DNA of 64,000 nt from positions 124,001 to 188,000 of the IMG/VR virus record IMGVR_UViG_3300010399_000031; one strand, 5' to 3'. Shown here piece after piece: positions 1 to 11,200 of the stretch; the stretch's first letter is position 1, and each line of letters begins with the position of its first letter. Both the position numbers and the translations under genes were made by a program. The notes under the pieces are model-generated. The model was not told the DNA's origin, did not search any database, and worked only from the letters and a program-made list of their open reading frames with translations.

Positions 1-1
1 T

Positions 2-1078
2 ATGCTTGCAATCTTGCAAGAGATTCACAGGCTGAGGGAGAACGTAGCCCCTTATGGGCAAGATTGGAACACGTATTTCACAAGCACTGTGTCACCAAAA
101 GCAACCCTGGTGACCGATCAAGCTGGGAAAAACCAAGCCTGGGTGATGGCTGAGTCTCAGATGCGAGTTCAAGGTTACTGGGATTTGGATGGAGCGGTGG
201 AAAAAGGTGGTCGAGGCGATGATGGTGGCGAGACCTGGCTTATTACCGCAGCGTATAAGTTTCGCTACCATAAGCCTGAAGTGTGCTGGATGCGCTATCC
301 ACTGATGATCCACAATCAGTTGCTCGATCAGAAGTTTCGACCTGAACATGGGCCTTATGAGATCGAGAAACAACAGCGAACCTACCAATGGAGTACGAAG
401 ACATTTAGCTCTTTTGAGAAGGGGCGGCTTATCACCCATTTGCAAAAACGAGACGGAGTTGAGCTACCTTCGTTTGATGAGTGGTATCCGAATGAAGTTT
501 GGCCGTGGACCAAGCGACTCGCATCGATCATGCTCTACATCGATACGAATAATCCGCGACTGATTACGAATCTTATCAGTGACATCAATCCCTACACGTT
601 TGAACCCGAAGTGTTGGTGTTTTTGCAAAGCGAAGCGCCATACATGACAAAACCTTTGGCTTCGCTCATTAGTTTGACGCTTTACCAAGGTAATTCACTC
701 ATGGATCCGTCCTCGATCACCGTGGATAGTAATCTAGACGTGACGACCACGTTTGATCCGGATCTGCGACAATCGTATCATATTCGTCTGGCGTTTTACA
801 GCAACTTAGCGGTTTTGACTCCGGCTGCACGAGAGCGCTTGCAGTCGAGCTGCGGAGCAGCTGTGAAGATCTTTGACTATTTGGATCCGACGTTAAAATT
901 GCGCAATCAACTCCCGACGTGTATTATACCGGGTAACTGGTTGCCTAAACCTGGATTACAACAAATCACAGATACTTTAAACGCTGGAACCATCTCCAAG
1001 GGTAACGGTCAAACCTACGGGACCATGAAAACCGTGTCGACCGCAATCTTGATCGCCCATCGCGCAGAGAGTAAATAA
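2..1078 (+). CDS. jumbo-phage virion structural protein (possibly 5'-truncated by window edge)
   Basis: 358-aa ORF at head of a tightly coupled run of long ORFs leading into the tail cluster; product inferred from context. Confidence 0.55.
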   Translation: MLAILQEIHRLRENVAPYGQDWNTYFTSTVSPKATLVTDQAGKNQAWVMAESQMRVQGYWDLDGAVEKGGRGDDGGETWLITAAYKFRYHKPEVCWMRYPLMIHNQLLDQKFRPEHGPYEIEKQQRTYQWSTKTFSSFEKGRLITHLQKRDGVELPSFDEWYPNEVWPWTKRLASIMLYIDTNNPRLITNLISDINPYTFEPEVLVFLQSEAPYMTKPLASLISLTLYQGNSLMDPSSITVDSNLDVTTTFDPDLRQSYHIRLAFYSNLAVLTPAARERLQSSCGAAVKIFDYLDPTLKLRNQLPTCIIPGNWLPKPGLQQITDTLNAGTISKGNGQTYGTMKTVSTAILIAHRAESK

Positions 1079-1079
1079 C

Positions 1080-2450
1080 ATGCCCGCAGTTCTTCAACCT
1101 GGTCCGAACACTCCGCCAACGGAGCAACCGCACCCCCCCAAGATCTACTCGGAACGCTACAAGGGTGTAACAGTTGACACCCGGTATATTCCGACCACGG
1201 CGTTACTCACTCACGTGGAAGGTTCACCATTGATGGTGAATTACTACGCACAAGTGGTGAGTCGTGATTCAGAAGTGGCGGGACAAAACGTGAATCGTTC
1301 CCCTACGATCCAACAGTATCAATTGATCAAGGGAATGGAGATCCGAGTTACGGAAGCATTAAAGTGGAGTCAAAACGACGAAACTAAACAGTTTACAGCG
1401 ACAGGTTCAGCCAACGTCTATCCGTTTTTGACACCGAATCTAGGTGACATGTTTTTGATGGATGTCGGTAGTGGTCGAGAAGGAATCATGCAGATAACCG
1501 ACACTCGGCGGTTATCTATTTTTGAAGAAGCGATTCACGAGATCGATTACACTTTCGTATCGTTTTCTGACCAGGATCAGTTGCGTTTAGCAGATCTTAA
1601 TACGAAGGTGGTGGAATCATACACCTACGCCAAAGACTTTTTGCAGTACGGACAAAATCCTGTACTGCTCGATCAAGATGCTGAAAACGTCGCGCAATTA
1701 AAGTACGCATATTCAGACATCGTTCGTCAGTATTTTAAGGAGTTTCTTTCCAATGAATACAAGACGTTGATTATCCCTGGTCAGGCGTGGGCGGTTTACG
1801 ATCACTTTCTTACCAAATTCATGCTGAAGTTTTGTACGACACTCAATTCTCCAGAAATTCAGTATTGCCGATTACTGAATGTCGATGGTGTGGACGATAT
1901 GAAAACTCCTACCTTCTGGGATATGTGTCTACAACGTAACGAAATGATCAAACGTATTCTCAACATGCGGATGAGTTTGACAGCGACTTTGTATTTTCCG
2001 TCCGATCCCATGATGGAGGGGATTCATCACTCGGGTATTCAATATGTTATCTACCCAAGTATCCCACGGCAATCGTGGGATGATGTACGCAAGATGAAAC
2101 CCCCTATTGCACTTGCTTACACCCTTACATCGGTACCATCTATTGCAGGTTCACTCGATGATCTGATCACCGATAGTTCACTTGCAGGATTACCCGATGC
2201 GGATTTACCCCTGATCAAAGACGTGCTGGTCGATGACTACTATGTTTTTAGTCAGGCGTTTTACGAGAAAGACCGACCCAATATGTCGCAGTTAGAAGCG
2301 GCCGTGTGGGATATGTTGGATCGAAACGCCGTGAGCTTGCAGTTGCTCGTCTTTTTGATCTCAACGTTGCAGACTTTCGGCGCTTTAGAGCGTTTCTACT
2401 ATACGCCCGTGATCCTCATGTTGATTCGATCACAAATCAAATCGCTGTAA
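1080..2450 (+). CDS. phiKZ-like virion structural protein
   Basis: 456 aa, starts 1 nt after previous stop; style resembles phiKZ-like baseplate-region proteins (inference). Confidence 0.55.
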   Translation: MPAVLQPGPNTPPTEQPHPPKIYSERYKGVTVDTRYIPTTALLTHVEGSPLMVNYYAQVVSRDSEVAGQNVNRSPTIQQYQLIKGMEIRVTEALKWSQNDETKQFTATGSANVYPFLTPNLGDMFLMDVGSGREGIMQITDTRRLSIFEEAIHEIDYTFVSFSDQDQLRLADLNTKVVESYTYAKDFLQYGQNPVLLDQDAENVAQLKYAYSDIVRQYFKEFLSNEYKTLIIPGQAWAVYDHFLTKFMLKFCTTLNSPEIQYCRLLNVDGVDDMKTPTFWDMCLQRNEMIKRILNMRMSLTATLYFPSDPMMEGIHHSGIQYVIYPSIPRQSWDDVRKMKPPIALAYTLTSVPSIAGSLDDLITDSSLAGLPDADLPLIKDVLVDDYYVFSQAFYEKDRPNMSQLEAAVWDMLDRNAVSLQLLVFLISTLQTFGALERFYYTPVILMLIRSQIKSL

Positions 2451-2474
2451 TCAATCAAATAGTTGGAGCTAATC

Positions 2475-3167
2475 ATGAGTCAACTGGGTCAATTTGAACC
2501 GCCTGAGTTCGTTCCGATGCAAGAATCAGGTCCCAATCCGTTCACCCCAACCAGTGGTAATACGGGTGGGACTTGGGTGCCCGAGGAACAACAAACGGCA
2601 ACATGGCGTATCTTTAACAAACTCTATAAGTGTCGTATTTCAGTTTTCCAGACACGCTCGCTCGATGACATTCAGTTTTTTGGAGTGTCTATTTCAGGCG
2701 ATCGAGAGTTTGATGCAACCATGCGAAGTGAAAACCGCCTGTATTACAAGACGGTGGCCCAGATGCTCATGTACTTCAAAAACGACGTAACGGTTGGTTT
2801 GTTCGATGTGCGTGATTCAAAGTTGATCTACGATGACTGTCGTGACCATATGGCTACATGGCAGCGGGTGCTTTTAAAGTCTCCGAACATTAAACCCTCG
2901 CAGGGTACGCTCGACCAACTTCAGCTACTGGATAAATTTGCAGCGACGGTTTATCCACATGCTGCACCGCTTTATACCCAAGAGTTCACTGAATCGGTTC
3001 TTTTGCGGCGCTTCAATGCGGTGGGTTTTGGTAATCTTGGGTTACCTTCGGCGGCGTCTATCCCTGAGGCACCTGAACCGGTGGTTGAGCAAGCCTATTC
3101 ACCACCGTCGCACGATTCGTTTGCAGACGTGTTTGCAAAAAAGCGCAATAATTGGCGGGGAGAATAA
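2475..3167 (+). CDS. conserved jumbo-phage protein in virion block
   Basis: ATG at 2475 after GGAG; stop abuts next gene. Confidence 0.55.
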   Translation: MSQLGQFEPPEFVPMQESGPNPFTPTSGNTGGTWVPEEQQTATWRIFNKLYKCRISVFQTRSLDDIQFFGVSISGDREFDATMRSENRLYYKTVAQMLMYFKNDVTVGLFDVRDSKLIYDDCRDHMATWQRVLLKSPNIKPSQGTLDQLQLLDKFAATVYPHAAPLYTQEFTESVLLRRFNAVGFGNLGLPSAASIPEAPEPVVEQAYSPPSHDSFADVFAKKRNNWRGE

Positions 3168-4562
3168 ATGGACATCCAAGATTCCGCACTGTATCGCGAG
3201 ATCAACGCTATCCTCAGTAGCGGGGTTAAGCCCGTACACTTCGCATGGGCGGCAACAGTGCACGCGAATGGGAAGAACATTCGGGCGATGAAGTTAAGAG
3301 AGATGGACATTCAGCGCGACTATGAAGTTAACTATTCGGATGACATCCATGTTCTATTGGTATTTCCAGCGGGGGATTTCTGGGCCGATATTTACCCGTA
3401 CCATGATAACCTGGAGGTGACGATCTATAAGTACCCTTTATCCGAGGTTGGAGATGCCGCTGATAATAGTTCACCGGTGCAAACTGAACGCTACAAAGCG
3501 ATCTTAAGTATCGGTGATAATGGTTCTCCTTTGTTGGAGAACACGGGCGCCAATAATGATACGCGCGATACGCTCAATTTGAAAGACTTCGTACCAGTGG
3601 AGTTTCAGCTGATTGATCGCTCTCTTTACCAGATGCGGATGATGGAAGTCGGTAATAACTTTCGCAACTGTACAGTCGAGCAAGCACTAAGAGCGATTAT
3701 GACCAGTGAGTCTCAGAAGGTCATCGTCGATCAACAGCGAGTCAATCAAGGGGTGGAGATGGTACCGGCTAATAACCAAACCGTCCGTTCCACTGTCAGT
3801 ATTCCGCAAGGTACAGCTCTGACCGATGTTCCCGCTTGGATTCATCAAAAGTGCGGGGGAGTTTATAGTGCAGGCTTTGGGTACTACCTTCAAAACAATC
3901 ATTGGTATATCTATCCGTGTTATGATCCTACGCGAGTCAATAAAACCGCACCGGCTCTCACGATCATCAATCTACCAAAAAACCGCTTTGTTGGAATAGA
4001 ACGCACTTATCGACTTGATGGAAGTAATTTGGTGGTCCTTGCCACAGGAGACGTTAAATTTCGCGATCGCTCCAATGCCATGCAGTTAAACCGTGGTAAC
4101 GGGGTGCGCTTTGTGGCGGCCGACGAGTTGATTGACAGCTGGGTGACGGTTAAAAACGGCATTCCCATTGCCTCTCGTGGTAAGGTGACAACGGAGGTGA
4201 TGACCACTGCGCGCCCTGACGGAATTAATAATGCACGTGTCAGCCCCCGTGCGATCAATGCTAATCCGTTTGTGGAATATTCGGATATGGCAGCCAGAAA
4301 TGGTTCGCCGTTTGCACTCACCTGGGAGAACTCAGACCCCAGTTTAATTACGCCAGGTATGCTGGCGGTGGTAGTGTATCAGGACGGTGAATCTATCTCG
4401 CAAGTGTATGGCGTAGTGTTAAAGTCCCATACTTTTGTACGAATGCAAGGCAGCGGGATGACTAGTTCTCGACACGCAACTGATACCGCCATCTCGATTT
4501 TTGTGCAACGACCCTTGGGTAACGGTGATAATACCGGCCAAGGAGTGATCACTCTATCGTGA
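3168..4562 (+). CDS. virion structural protein, possibly baseplate hub-like
   Basis: 464 aa, GGAG RBS, beta-rich; hub call is inference only. Confidence 0.5.
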   Translation: MDIQDSALYREINAILSSGVKPVHFAWAATVHANGKNIRAMKLREMDIQRDYEVNYSDDIHVLLVFPAGDFWADIYPYHDNLEVTIYKYPLSEVGDAADNSSPVQTERYKAILSIGDNGSPLLENTGANNDTRDTLNLKDFVPVEFQLIDRSLYQMRMMEVGNNFRNCTVEQALRAIMTSESQKVIVDQQRVNQGVEMVPANNQTVRSTVSIPQGTALTDVPAWIHQKCGGVYSAGFGYYLQNNHWYIYPCYDPTRVNKTAPALTIINLPKNRFVGIERTYRLDGSNLVVLATGDVKFRDRSNAMQLNRGNGVRFVAADELIDSWVTVKNGIPIASRGKVTTEVMTTARPDGINNARVSPRAINANPFVEYSDMAARNGSPFALTWENSDPSLITPGMLAVVVYQDGESISQVYGVVLKSHTFVRMQGSGMTSSRHATDTAISIFVQRPLGNGDNTGQGVITLS

Positions 4563-4572
4563 AAGGTGATGT

Positions 4573-5448
4573 ATGAAGTTCCATGAGAAAGTCCAAGAAT
4601 TGCACAGCATGATTAATTCATGGTATCTGGATGTCCGACATGAATTAAATATGTCGGAATTGCCGCCGAGTTTGCTGACTCATCTCATGGCTCCTTCCTC
4701 TGTTGTCAAAGTTAGGGATAACCAAAAAGTAAGAAATGGTTTTTACACTTCCATGGATGGAAGTGTGCAGGTAAATGTGCTTTCGCAAGATTTAAGCACA
4801 GGACTCATTGTGTTGGAGATGACGGGTGACGTATCAGAAAATACCGATGAGCGTTTTCAGACAATGAGTCCAGGGGTGTTTTTCACGCTATTTAAACCCA
4901 ACGATAGCGGAACGTATCAAAAAGAAGAAATGTTGACTTTGATCAACGAGTCGAAAGCTCAACCTGAAGCAACGCGCCGCCACCTTCAAAAAGAGCGTGA
5001 AGAGTCATTTAGTTGGAATGCCGTGATCACTTCGCACGGTAAGATGGCTGAACGCTATTCCGAACTATATGACTCTATTTTGAAAGAAAACAAAGAAACC
5101 GTTAAATCGGACTATTTGGAGTTTTTGTTTCTGACATTTATTCTAGGGGCACACCTAGGGTTCTCTCCCCGTCACCACTTTCATGCATTGTATTCTAGTT
5201 TGTTTGCTCTGACCGATAGCACGCTAGAGCAGTGTAAGCTCACGCAGAAATACTACGATGAGCAACTCGTCGAGACCACTTACGAGGAGTTTCGATTATA
5301 CGATCCGATTTTGGAGTTCGCTCCAGTAGTGTCGTATTTCGTGGTGATGTCCACCAAGGATCAGACGGGTTTGGATAAAGTATTTTATCCCAAGGGATGT
5401 TTCATGCCGTCTCACTCGGTGGTGAGTAATCTATTACAACGGGCCTAA
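4573..5448 (+). CDS. hypothetical protein
   Basis: 291-aa ORF after AAGGTG. Confidence 0.6.
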   Translation: MKFHEKVQELHSMINSWYLDVRHELNMSELPPSLLTHLMAPSSVVKVRDNQKVRNGFYTSMDGSVQVNVLSQDLSTGLIVLEMTGDVSENTDERFQTMSPGVFFTLFKPNDSGTYQKEEMLTLINESKAQPEATRRHLQKEREESFSWNAVITSHGKMAERYSELYDSILKENKETVKSDYLEFLFLTFILGAHLGFSPRHHFHALYSSLFALTDSTLEQCKLTQKYYDEQLVETTYEEFRLYDPILEFAPVVSYFVVMSTKDQTGLDKVFYPKGCFMPSHSVVSNLLQRA

Positions 5449-5491
5449 AGTCATTTCTATGATCTAGTTTTCATTTTTACGTGGAAATACC

Positions 5492-6025
5492 ATGGGCGAC
5501 AGTACCACTCCTTACGCTGGTTTGAGCGACCAGCGACTCACCGACCTCGTTAACCTGGATAATACCACGACATTGCGAGTGGGGGTGGACTTCACGTTTG
5601 GTCCTCCCCAACCGTATAGCGACGGTAGTGGTCGCAATACCCAGGTAACACTTTATCCTAAAGCGGGAAGTATCTGGTCGAAACCCGAGACCATCCACTA
5701 CACGCGGCTTTCATTGCAAGTGTTAAGAGAGTTGCCAAGTGGATGGGTGAACCCCGTACTAATTACTAGTGCGCCGTTCACGTTAAACGATGTACTCGAT
5801 TCGATCAATACCGCATTGGGACTTAACCTCACAACTGATGAAATCGTTAATGTTCAGTACGATGGCGTGCAACCCACGTATCGGCTTCCCATTAATGAAG
5901 AAGTATCATTGGGTTGGATAGATTCGGATTATGTTTTCCCTGCGATTTTCGCAGATATTGATATCCCCCTCGCCAGTGCTATCCAACAGACAGCACTGAG
6001 TGGGCTCACGTATATTCAGCCGTAA
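5492..6025 (+). CDS. tail/baseplate fibre paralog (shared N-terminal FGxP...NT...YxRxxL domain)
   Basis: FTFGPP...RNTQVTL...TIHYTRLSL; C-terminal LSGLTYIQP shared with next gene. Confidence 0.7.
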   Translation: MGDSTTPYAGLSDQRLTDLVNLDNTTTLRVGVDFTFGPPQPYSDGSGRNTQVTLYPKAGSIWSKPETIHYTRLSLQVLRELPSGWVNPVLITSAPFTLNDVLDSINTALGLNLTTDEIVNVQYDGVQPTYRLPINEEVSLGWIDSDYVFPAIFADIDIPLASAIQQTALSGLTYIQP

Positions 6026-6107
6026 TTTTCCCTGTTTCGTCTAAAATTTCAGTGCATTGTATGCATTGAGTTCTCGCAAAGTTCCCCTTTTCTCCCAGGG
6101 ATTAATC

Positions 6108-6659
6108 ATGGCAAACATCGTCACCGACTTCACTAAGTCGGCTCAGCAAATCATCATTGATTTGGTGAACAACGACAATTCGCTCGCACTTACGCCGGCG
6201 AAGGTCACGTTCGGCGCACCGACGGCTGCAACGGTCGGTGGCAGCGTTACGCGCGACACCGATTTGACTCTTACAGCCGTGTCGGGTTCAGGTTACAGCG
6301 GTAGTGCAACGATTCACTATAATCGAGTGGATCTGGCTTCGGTACCGGGTGCTCGTTCGACGATCTTCCCGATCGGTGCTGCCGTAAACATTTCTGATCT
6401 CATCGCCGAGATCAATGCAGCGTACGGGATCAATCTCTCGAATACGGCCGACACCGCGCACAAAGACTTTGTCGATGGCCCACTACCAACCTTTTCAGGT
6501 ACGGCCAACGAACAACATCAGTTTCAACTGGCCGCTGACGCCGACTCACTCGTCTGGGAAAACAGTGTACAACTCACCGTACAGGCCAACGATATTCCGC
6601 TTTCGACAGCGATCACGAACCCGACGTTGAACGGTTTGACTTACGTGCAACCGTCGTAA
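6108..6659 (+). CDS. tail/baseplate fibre paralog
   Basis: VTFGAP...DTDLTLTA...GYSGSATIHYNRVDL; ends LNGLTYVQPS. Confidence 0.7.
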   Translation: MANIVTDFTKSAQQIIIDLVNNDNSLALTPAKVTFGAPTAATVGGSVTRDTDLTLTAVSGSGYSGSATIHYNRVDLASVPGARSTIFPIGAAVNISDLIAEINAAYGINLSNTADTAHKDFVDGPLPTFSGTANEQHQFQLAADADSLVWENSVQLTVQANDIPLSTAITNPTLNGLTYVQPS

Positions 6660-6697
6660 CGGTTAATCCGGCGAAAAGCGACTTTCGACCTGGACGA

Positions 6698-6725
6698 GGG
6701 AGGGCTCCGTGCCCTCCCTTTTTAT
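6698..6725 (+). terminator. rho-independent terminator
   Basis: GGGAGGGC-tccgt-GCCCTCCC followed by T run. Confidence 0.75.
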
Positions 6726-6741
6726 TTGTTTAGGGGCACCT

Positions 6742-7542
6742 ATGTCATTGTTACCGGCGACACCAAAAGAGGTCGTGTTGTCGCTGATTGATCAGCAAAA
6801 CACACTACCGACTCCTTTGACTGAGGAGAACTTGTATTTTGGCGCAGCGCGACTCGATACCGATGGGGTGACGACAATACTACCTGTCACAGCGATGCTG
6901 GGCGGGCAGTATGTCGGGTATCGTAATCTCACGTACAAACGAATCAATCTGTCACAGATTTTCGATGTCGCACCGGTTGTTCAGGATGTGGGCGGCCCCA
7001 CCCTGTATTCGATGCTCGATGTCGTCAATAAGAATTTAGGGATGAATTTCACCACGGATGACGTGGTCGATACCAACATCGCCGACTTAAATGCCGGCGA
7101 GCAAGTGAACATCAACATGGTGGCCAAGGCTGGCTCAGCGGGATACATCGGTTCGTTTTTCTTCCGGTTTATCCGCCTGTTTGTCACCTTCTCAACCGTC
7201 ATCAAAAATACCACGCTTAATGCTCTGGTATATCCGGCACATCCGGATCTTGTCAACAGCAAGCGCAATATTGCGATGATGATGTGGGATCACGATTTTA
7301 GCGCTGACATCGCGTCGCTGGGTGTGCGTAACAATACGTGGGTCAATCAAACAGCCGTGGCCACTCTCATGCAGGATTTTGGCATCACAGATTGGCCTGC
7401 TCCCCAGGTCAATGGCGTGTCGGATTACGCGACTGCGAATTATCCGGGATCGAACACCAAGTTCCAGCGCGTAGTGGTGCAAAAGGGCGTGAGTGGTGTG
7501 GATTATGCGGGAGACGCGCTCTTCCACTACAACCCATCCTAA
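6742..7542 (+). CDS. tail fibre paralog with C-terminal ...FHYN domain
   Basis: LYFGAA...YVGYRNLTYKRINL; ends ALFHYNPS. Confidence 0.7.
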   Translation: MSLLPATPKEVVLSLIDQQNTLPTPLTEENLYFGAARLDTDGVTTILPVTAMLGGQYVGYRNLTYKRINLSQIFDVAPVVQDVGGPTLYSMLDVVNKNLGMNFTTDDVVDTNIADLNAGEQVNINMVAKAGSAGYIGSFFFRFIRLFVTFSTVIKNTTLNALVYPAHPDLVNSKRNIAMMMWDHDFSADIASLGVRNNTWVNQTAVATLMQDFGITDWPAPQVNGVSDYATANYPGSNTKFQRVVVQKGVSGVDYAGDALFHYNPS

Positions 7543-7551
7543 GGATTCGAA

Positions 7552-8409
7552 ATGGCGCTTTTTCCTGATCCGCTTACCAGTATTTTTGCGGCAATTGACA
7601 CGCAAAATGGGATTACGTTGGATCCAACACAGTACAGTGTCGGGACTCCAACACCCAACAATGATGCAACGGGGGTGACCAACACATCGCTTACGCTCAC
7701 CCCCAACACTTCGCAATGTCCGTACACGGGAGCCGTGACGGTGAATTATTTCCGCTGGCAGTTAACGGATTTAGCCAAACAACTCCCTTTGCCTTTGAAG
7801 TTCAATGGATTGTCATCTTCGCTTCAGATGGCGCTTAAGATGAACGACTACTACGGTACCAACTTTAGCGCTGCCGACATCATCGATAATGCGGTGACAG
7901 TCGCTGGAGATGGTAGCGGAACTTTGACTTTGACGGCGCAGTCGACCTCACTTGGTTGGGTTGGATCAGTGGATCTACCGTTTATCTTGGGTAACTTCGA
8001 TCTATCCACGATCATCACAACCGTTGCTTTGCCGGGTTTGGTTTATCCGGACCGCGATGCAACTCGTCCGTTCGCGGAGATGTACTCTTACTGGCGCGAT
8101 TTCAGCCCTCAGGAGAGCTTGCTGGTTAGTCACACGAGCGCTGATACGGATTTGACTGACATCGCCACAGCGCTCACGCAAAGTGCGAATAACGCACAAG
8201 TAACGTGGGTCACCAGCGGCGCCTCTCGTTATTCTTTGGCCAATGCAAGTATCACGTACAACGGGACAACTGCCGGTTATCCAACGTATTCCAACGGCGA
8301 CTCGCAGGTCAACCTCGATTACACCAACGTAATGGTCGTGCAACTCGATCCGACGGAAAATACCGGCTATTCGGGTAGTCTTTTCATGCACTACAATGTG
8401 CCGCTCTAG
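7552..8409 (+). CDS. tail fibre paralog
   Basis: VGTP...NTSLTLT...YTGAVTVNYFRWQL; ends LFMHYNVPL. Confidence 0.7.
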   Translation: MALFPDPLTSIFAAIDTQNGITLDPTQYSVGTPTPNNDATGVTNTSLTLTPNTSQCPYTGAVTVNYFRWQLTDLAKQLPLPLKFNGLSSSLQMALKMNDYYGTNFSAADIIDNAVTVAGDGSGTLTLTAQSTSLGWVGSVDLPFILGNFDLSTIITTVALPGLVYPDRDATRPFAEMYSYWRDFSPQESLLVSHTSADTDLTDIATALTQSANNAQVTWVTSGASRYSLANASITYNGTTAGYPTYSNGDSQVNLDYTNVMVVQLDPTENTGYSGSLFMHYNVPL

Positions 8410-8418
8410 GAGTGAGGT

Positions 8419-9258
8419 ATGACGAACGTCTTTACCCTCTCGGAGCAAAAGCTGACGGATTTGCTTAACATCAGCAATTTGCCGCCGAAATTGTTTGATA
8501 ATACGCGTCTCGTGTATGGTGCACCTCAATCGGTGGTGGGTAGTGGTTATGATACGCAGGTGGTGGCTACCGGTATTCCAGGTCGAGGGTATTACGGAGA
8601 CCAAACGATCAATTACACGCGCATCGATCTTTCGGTGTTGCAAAGTAAGGTGAGTTTATTTGATGTCAACCCCTTTACGGTTGCTTCGATTGTCGCCATG
8701 ATCAATGCGCAGTACGAGACGTTTTTGGAAGTCTCAGACTTGGTTCCACCTAGCATCCCAAGCCTCACCCAAGGTGGCGCTGCCGGCACAGTCACGCTCA
8801 CAGCTGAGTCAACTTCCATCGGCTGGCAAGGTACGGTGGATATCACCATCACGTATGGCAAACCACCTTTGACATCGGTAATTGGGAGTAAGACACTGAA
8901 CACGTTAAAGTGGGCAGACTACCCCTATCGTAACGGATTGGAGATGCTCTGGAATACGGACTTTACGTCCTATCGAGATGCGTTGGTTGTGAAATATTAC
9001 CAAGCCAGCCCGATCTACCTGTCGTTTAATGGTTTCACTGATTACGAGAAGATTTCGGATATCTGCATCCAACTGGGCATCCCGTGGTTTCCAGCGCCTG
9101 GTTGGAATCAACAGGTCTCGGATCACGCAACGGCAGACGTTCCTGGATCGAACACCGTATTTGATCGCGTGGTGGTGATGGCACCCGTTCAAGGGGGGTT
9201 TTTCCGTACCTACGACGGTGCACTCTATTTCCACTACAATAACTTTGACAAGGCTTGA
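8419..9258 (+). CDS. tail fibre paralog
   Basis: VYGAP...DTQVVAT...YYGDQTINYTRIDL; ends LYFHYNNFDKA. Confidence 0.7.
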   Translation: MTNVFTLSEQKLTDLLNISNLPPKLFDNTRLVYGAPQSVVGSGYDTQVVATGIPGRGYYGDQTINYTRIDLSVLQSKVSLFDVNPFTVASIVAMINAQYETFLEVSDLVPPSIPSLTQGGAAGTVTLTAESTSIGWQGTVDITITYGKPPLTSVIGSKTLNTLKWADYPYRNGLEMLWNTDFTSYRDALVVKYYQASPIYLSFNGFTDYEKISDICIQLGIPWFPAPGWNQQVSDHATADVPGSNTVFDRVVVMAPVQGGFFRTYDGALYFHYNNFDKA

Positions 9259-9260
9259 AA

Positions 9261-10232
9261 ATGGGTATCTACACCAAGACATCGCTGCAAATGGTGGTGG
9301 ACTTGCTCAATGCAAGTAACTCCGGTTTGCCGGTGCCCATCTCGCTATCGAACGTGAAGTTTGGCATCCCCACTGCAATCACTCCCGGTACTGGACAGAT
9401 TCAAGATACCCAAATCAAGGTAATTGCCCTTGCCTCGGGTCAGTATGTGGGCAATCAGTTGCTCACGTATCGTCGCTTAGATTCAACAGTACTCTTTCGC
9501 TCAGTACCGCTACGGGTTGATTTGTATTCAGCTGCGGCCGCCGTCGGGGTGTCACCCTACTCGATGAGTCAGTTGTTGCCGTACATCAACGCCAAGTACG
9601 GTTTGAATCTGCAAACGACTGACATCACCGATGTAGCGTTTGCTGGGTGTACGACCAACGCGCAACCGACCATTGGGTTGGTTGCGGGCTCACTTAACTC
9701 CACAGCACTACTGACCTTTACCACGACCAATACGGCCTGGAAAGGAAGTATCACGGTTTTCTGGGTGCAAGCGCCGCAAGACCTATCGACGCTTTTGGCA
9801 ACCGGTTCGCTGGAAACCGCACTGACATATCCGGGTAACCGCGACGTCGTGAACAACACGGTGTATGTGCCGAACCTGGATACGTACTACGTGGACTTCA
9901 CGGACTACTTGGGTACTGGTGGCAGCAATAGCACCTTGCCAGTTGCGATCGCTAATTCATCGATTACCAATACAGCAAATTACAACACACTCGTTGGTAT
10001 CATCAATACTCTCACGGGTAAGACGTACACCAACGGCGGGGGTGCAGCAGGTAGCACACTCATGGATTTGACGGGTGCAGCCATTTCAGCCGTGATCGAT
10101 CTGACCACAGGCGCGAACCAAGCGCTCTATCCGGAAGCAGATTATCGCTATTACAATCGTTTGCTCGTCATCACGCTTGCAGCGGGTAACACGTGGGGAG
10201 CGGGTCAAATGTTCCTCCACTATAACGTCTAA
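9261..10232 (+). CDS. tail fibre paralog
   Basis: VKFGIP...DTQIKV...YVGNQLLTYRRLD; ends MFLHYNV. Confidence 0.7.
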   Translation: MGIYTKTSLQMVVDLLNASNSGLPVPISLSNVKFGIPTAITPGTGQIQDTQIKVIALASGQYVGNQLLTYRRLDSTVLFRSVPLRVDLYSAAAAVGVSPYSMSQLLPYINAKYGLNLQTTDITDVAFAGCTTNAQPTIGLVAGSLNSTALLTFTTTNTAWKGSITVFWVQAPQDLSTLLATGSLETALTYPGNRDVVNNTVYVPNLDTYYVDFTDYLGTGGSNSTLPVAIANSSITNTANYNTLVGIINTLTGKTYTNGGGAAGSTLMDLTGAAISAVIDLTTGANQALYPEADYRYYNRLLVITLAAGNTWGAGQMFLHYNV

Positions 10233-10241
10233 AGGTGAAGC

Positions 10242-11150
10242 ATGTCCAAGTTTCAATGGCCTTCTGAAAGTGCCTTGTTGGCAGCGATCAATGCGGCCAA
10301 TGGTACCTCGCTGCAACAATCGGACGTGACTTTTTCTGACCCGAAAGTCATCACGGGTGGTACGTGGCAGGGTGTAGCCAGTGACCGTAACACTGCGATT
10401 CAGGTCACGGGTAACGGCACCACGTATAAAGGTAACAAAGTCATTCAGTACAACCGTCGCGACATTTCGCAGATCGTGAACCTGCCCTCGTTTAAGATGG
10501 CGGTCTATGGGATCAATACCGTCTGGGATTTGATTCCCTACTTTGCCTATTGGACCGGGATCAAATTCATCAATGGGGATTTGGTGAACGATGCCGTCAC
10601 GGGTTTGACCGATGGCGCGGGTTCGATCACGGTCAATGTTGACCCGAACTCACTCGGTTGGCAAGGATCCGTGACGATCAACGTCACACAAGGGGGTATC
10701 GGGTTGGATACGGCGGTGCAATCCACAGCACTGACGGGTCTTAACTACCCTGTCTCCGATGCGTCGGCGCCGCCAGCCACTGCCACACAAGGGCCGGTGT
10801 ATCTGTACCCATACGACTTCTCGGCCAATACCTCGACGTATCTGTCATGGACAACCGGGGTGATCACCCAAGCGCAAGCCGATACATTGGTGGCAGCCAT
10901 CAAGGCGGTCGATGTGGGGGCAGGTGCCGCGTTGTGGAACGATGACACCACGACTTCGAATTCGGATTACACGACATGGAACCTCTCGGGTGCCCAGATC
11001 ATCTCCAATGGTCTGAATAACCCGGTCACCATGCCGACCAACCCGAACTACAAGTATGTGATGCAATTGCGCTTGCGAAGCGATGTGACGATTCCGTCCG
11101 GTGACTTGTATTTGCACTACAACGACCCGTTCAATCCGGACACCTTCTAA
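10242..11150 (+). CDS. tail fibre paralog
   Basis: VTFSDP...NTAIQVT...YKGNKVIQYNRRDI; LYLHYND near C-terminus. Confidence 0.7.
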   Translation: MSKFQWPSESALLAAINAANGTSLQQSDVTFSDPKVITGGTWQGVASDRNTAIQVTGNGTTYKGNKVIQYNRRDISQIVNLPSFKMAVYGINTVWDLIPYFAYWTGIKFINGDLVNDAVTGLTDGAGSITVNVDPNSLGWQGSVTINVTQGGIGLDTAVQSTALTGLNYPVSDASAPPATATQGPVYLYPYDFSANTSTYLSWTTGVITQAQADTLVAAIKAVDVGAGAALWNDDTTTSNSDYTTWNLSGAQIISNGLNNPVTMPTNPNYKYVMQLRLRSDVTIPSGDLYLHYNDPFNPDTF

Positions 11151-11200
11151 ACGCCATTTCGGGTTGGGTAAAGTCCCAACCCGTTTAAACGAGGTGTTTA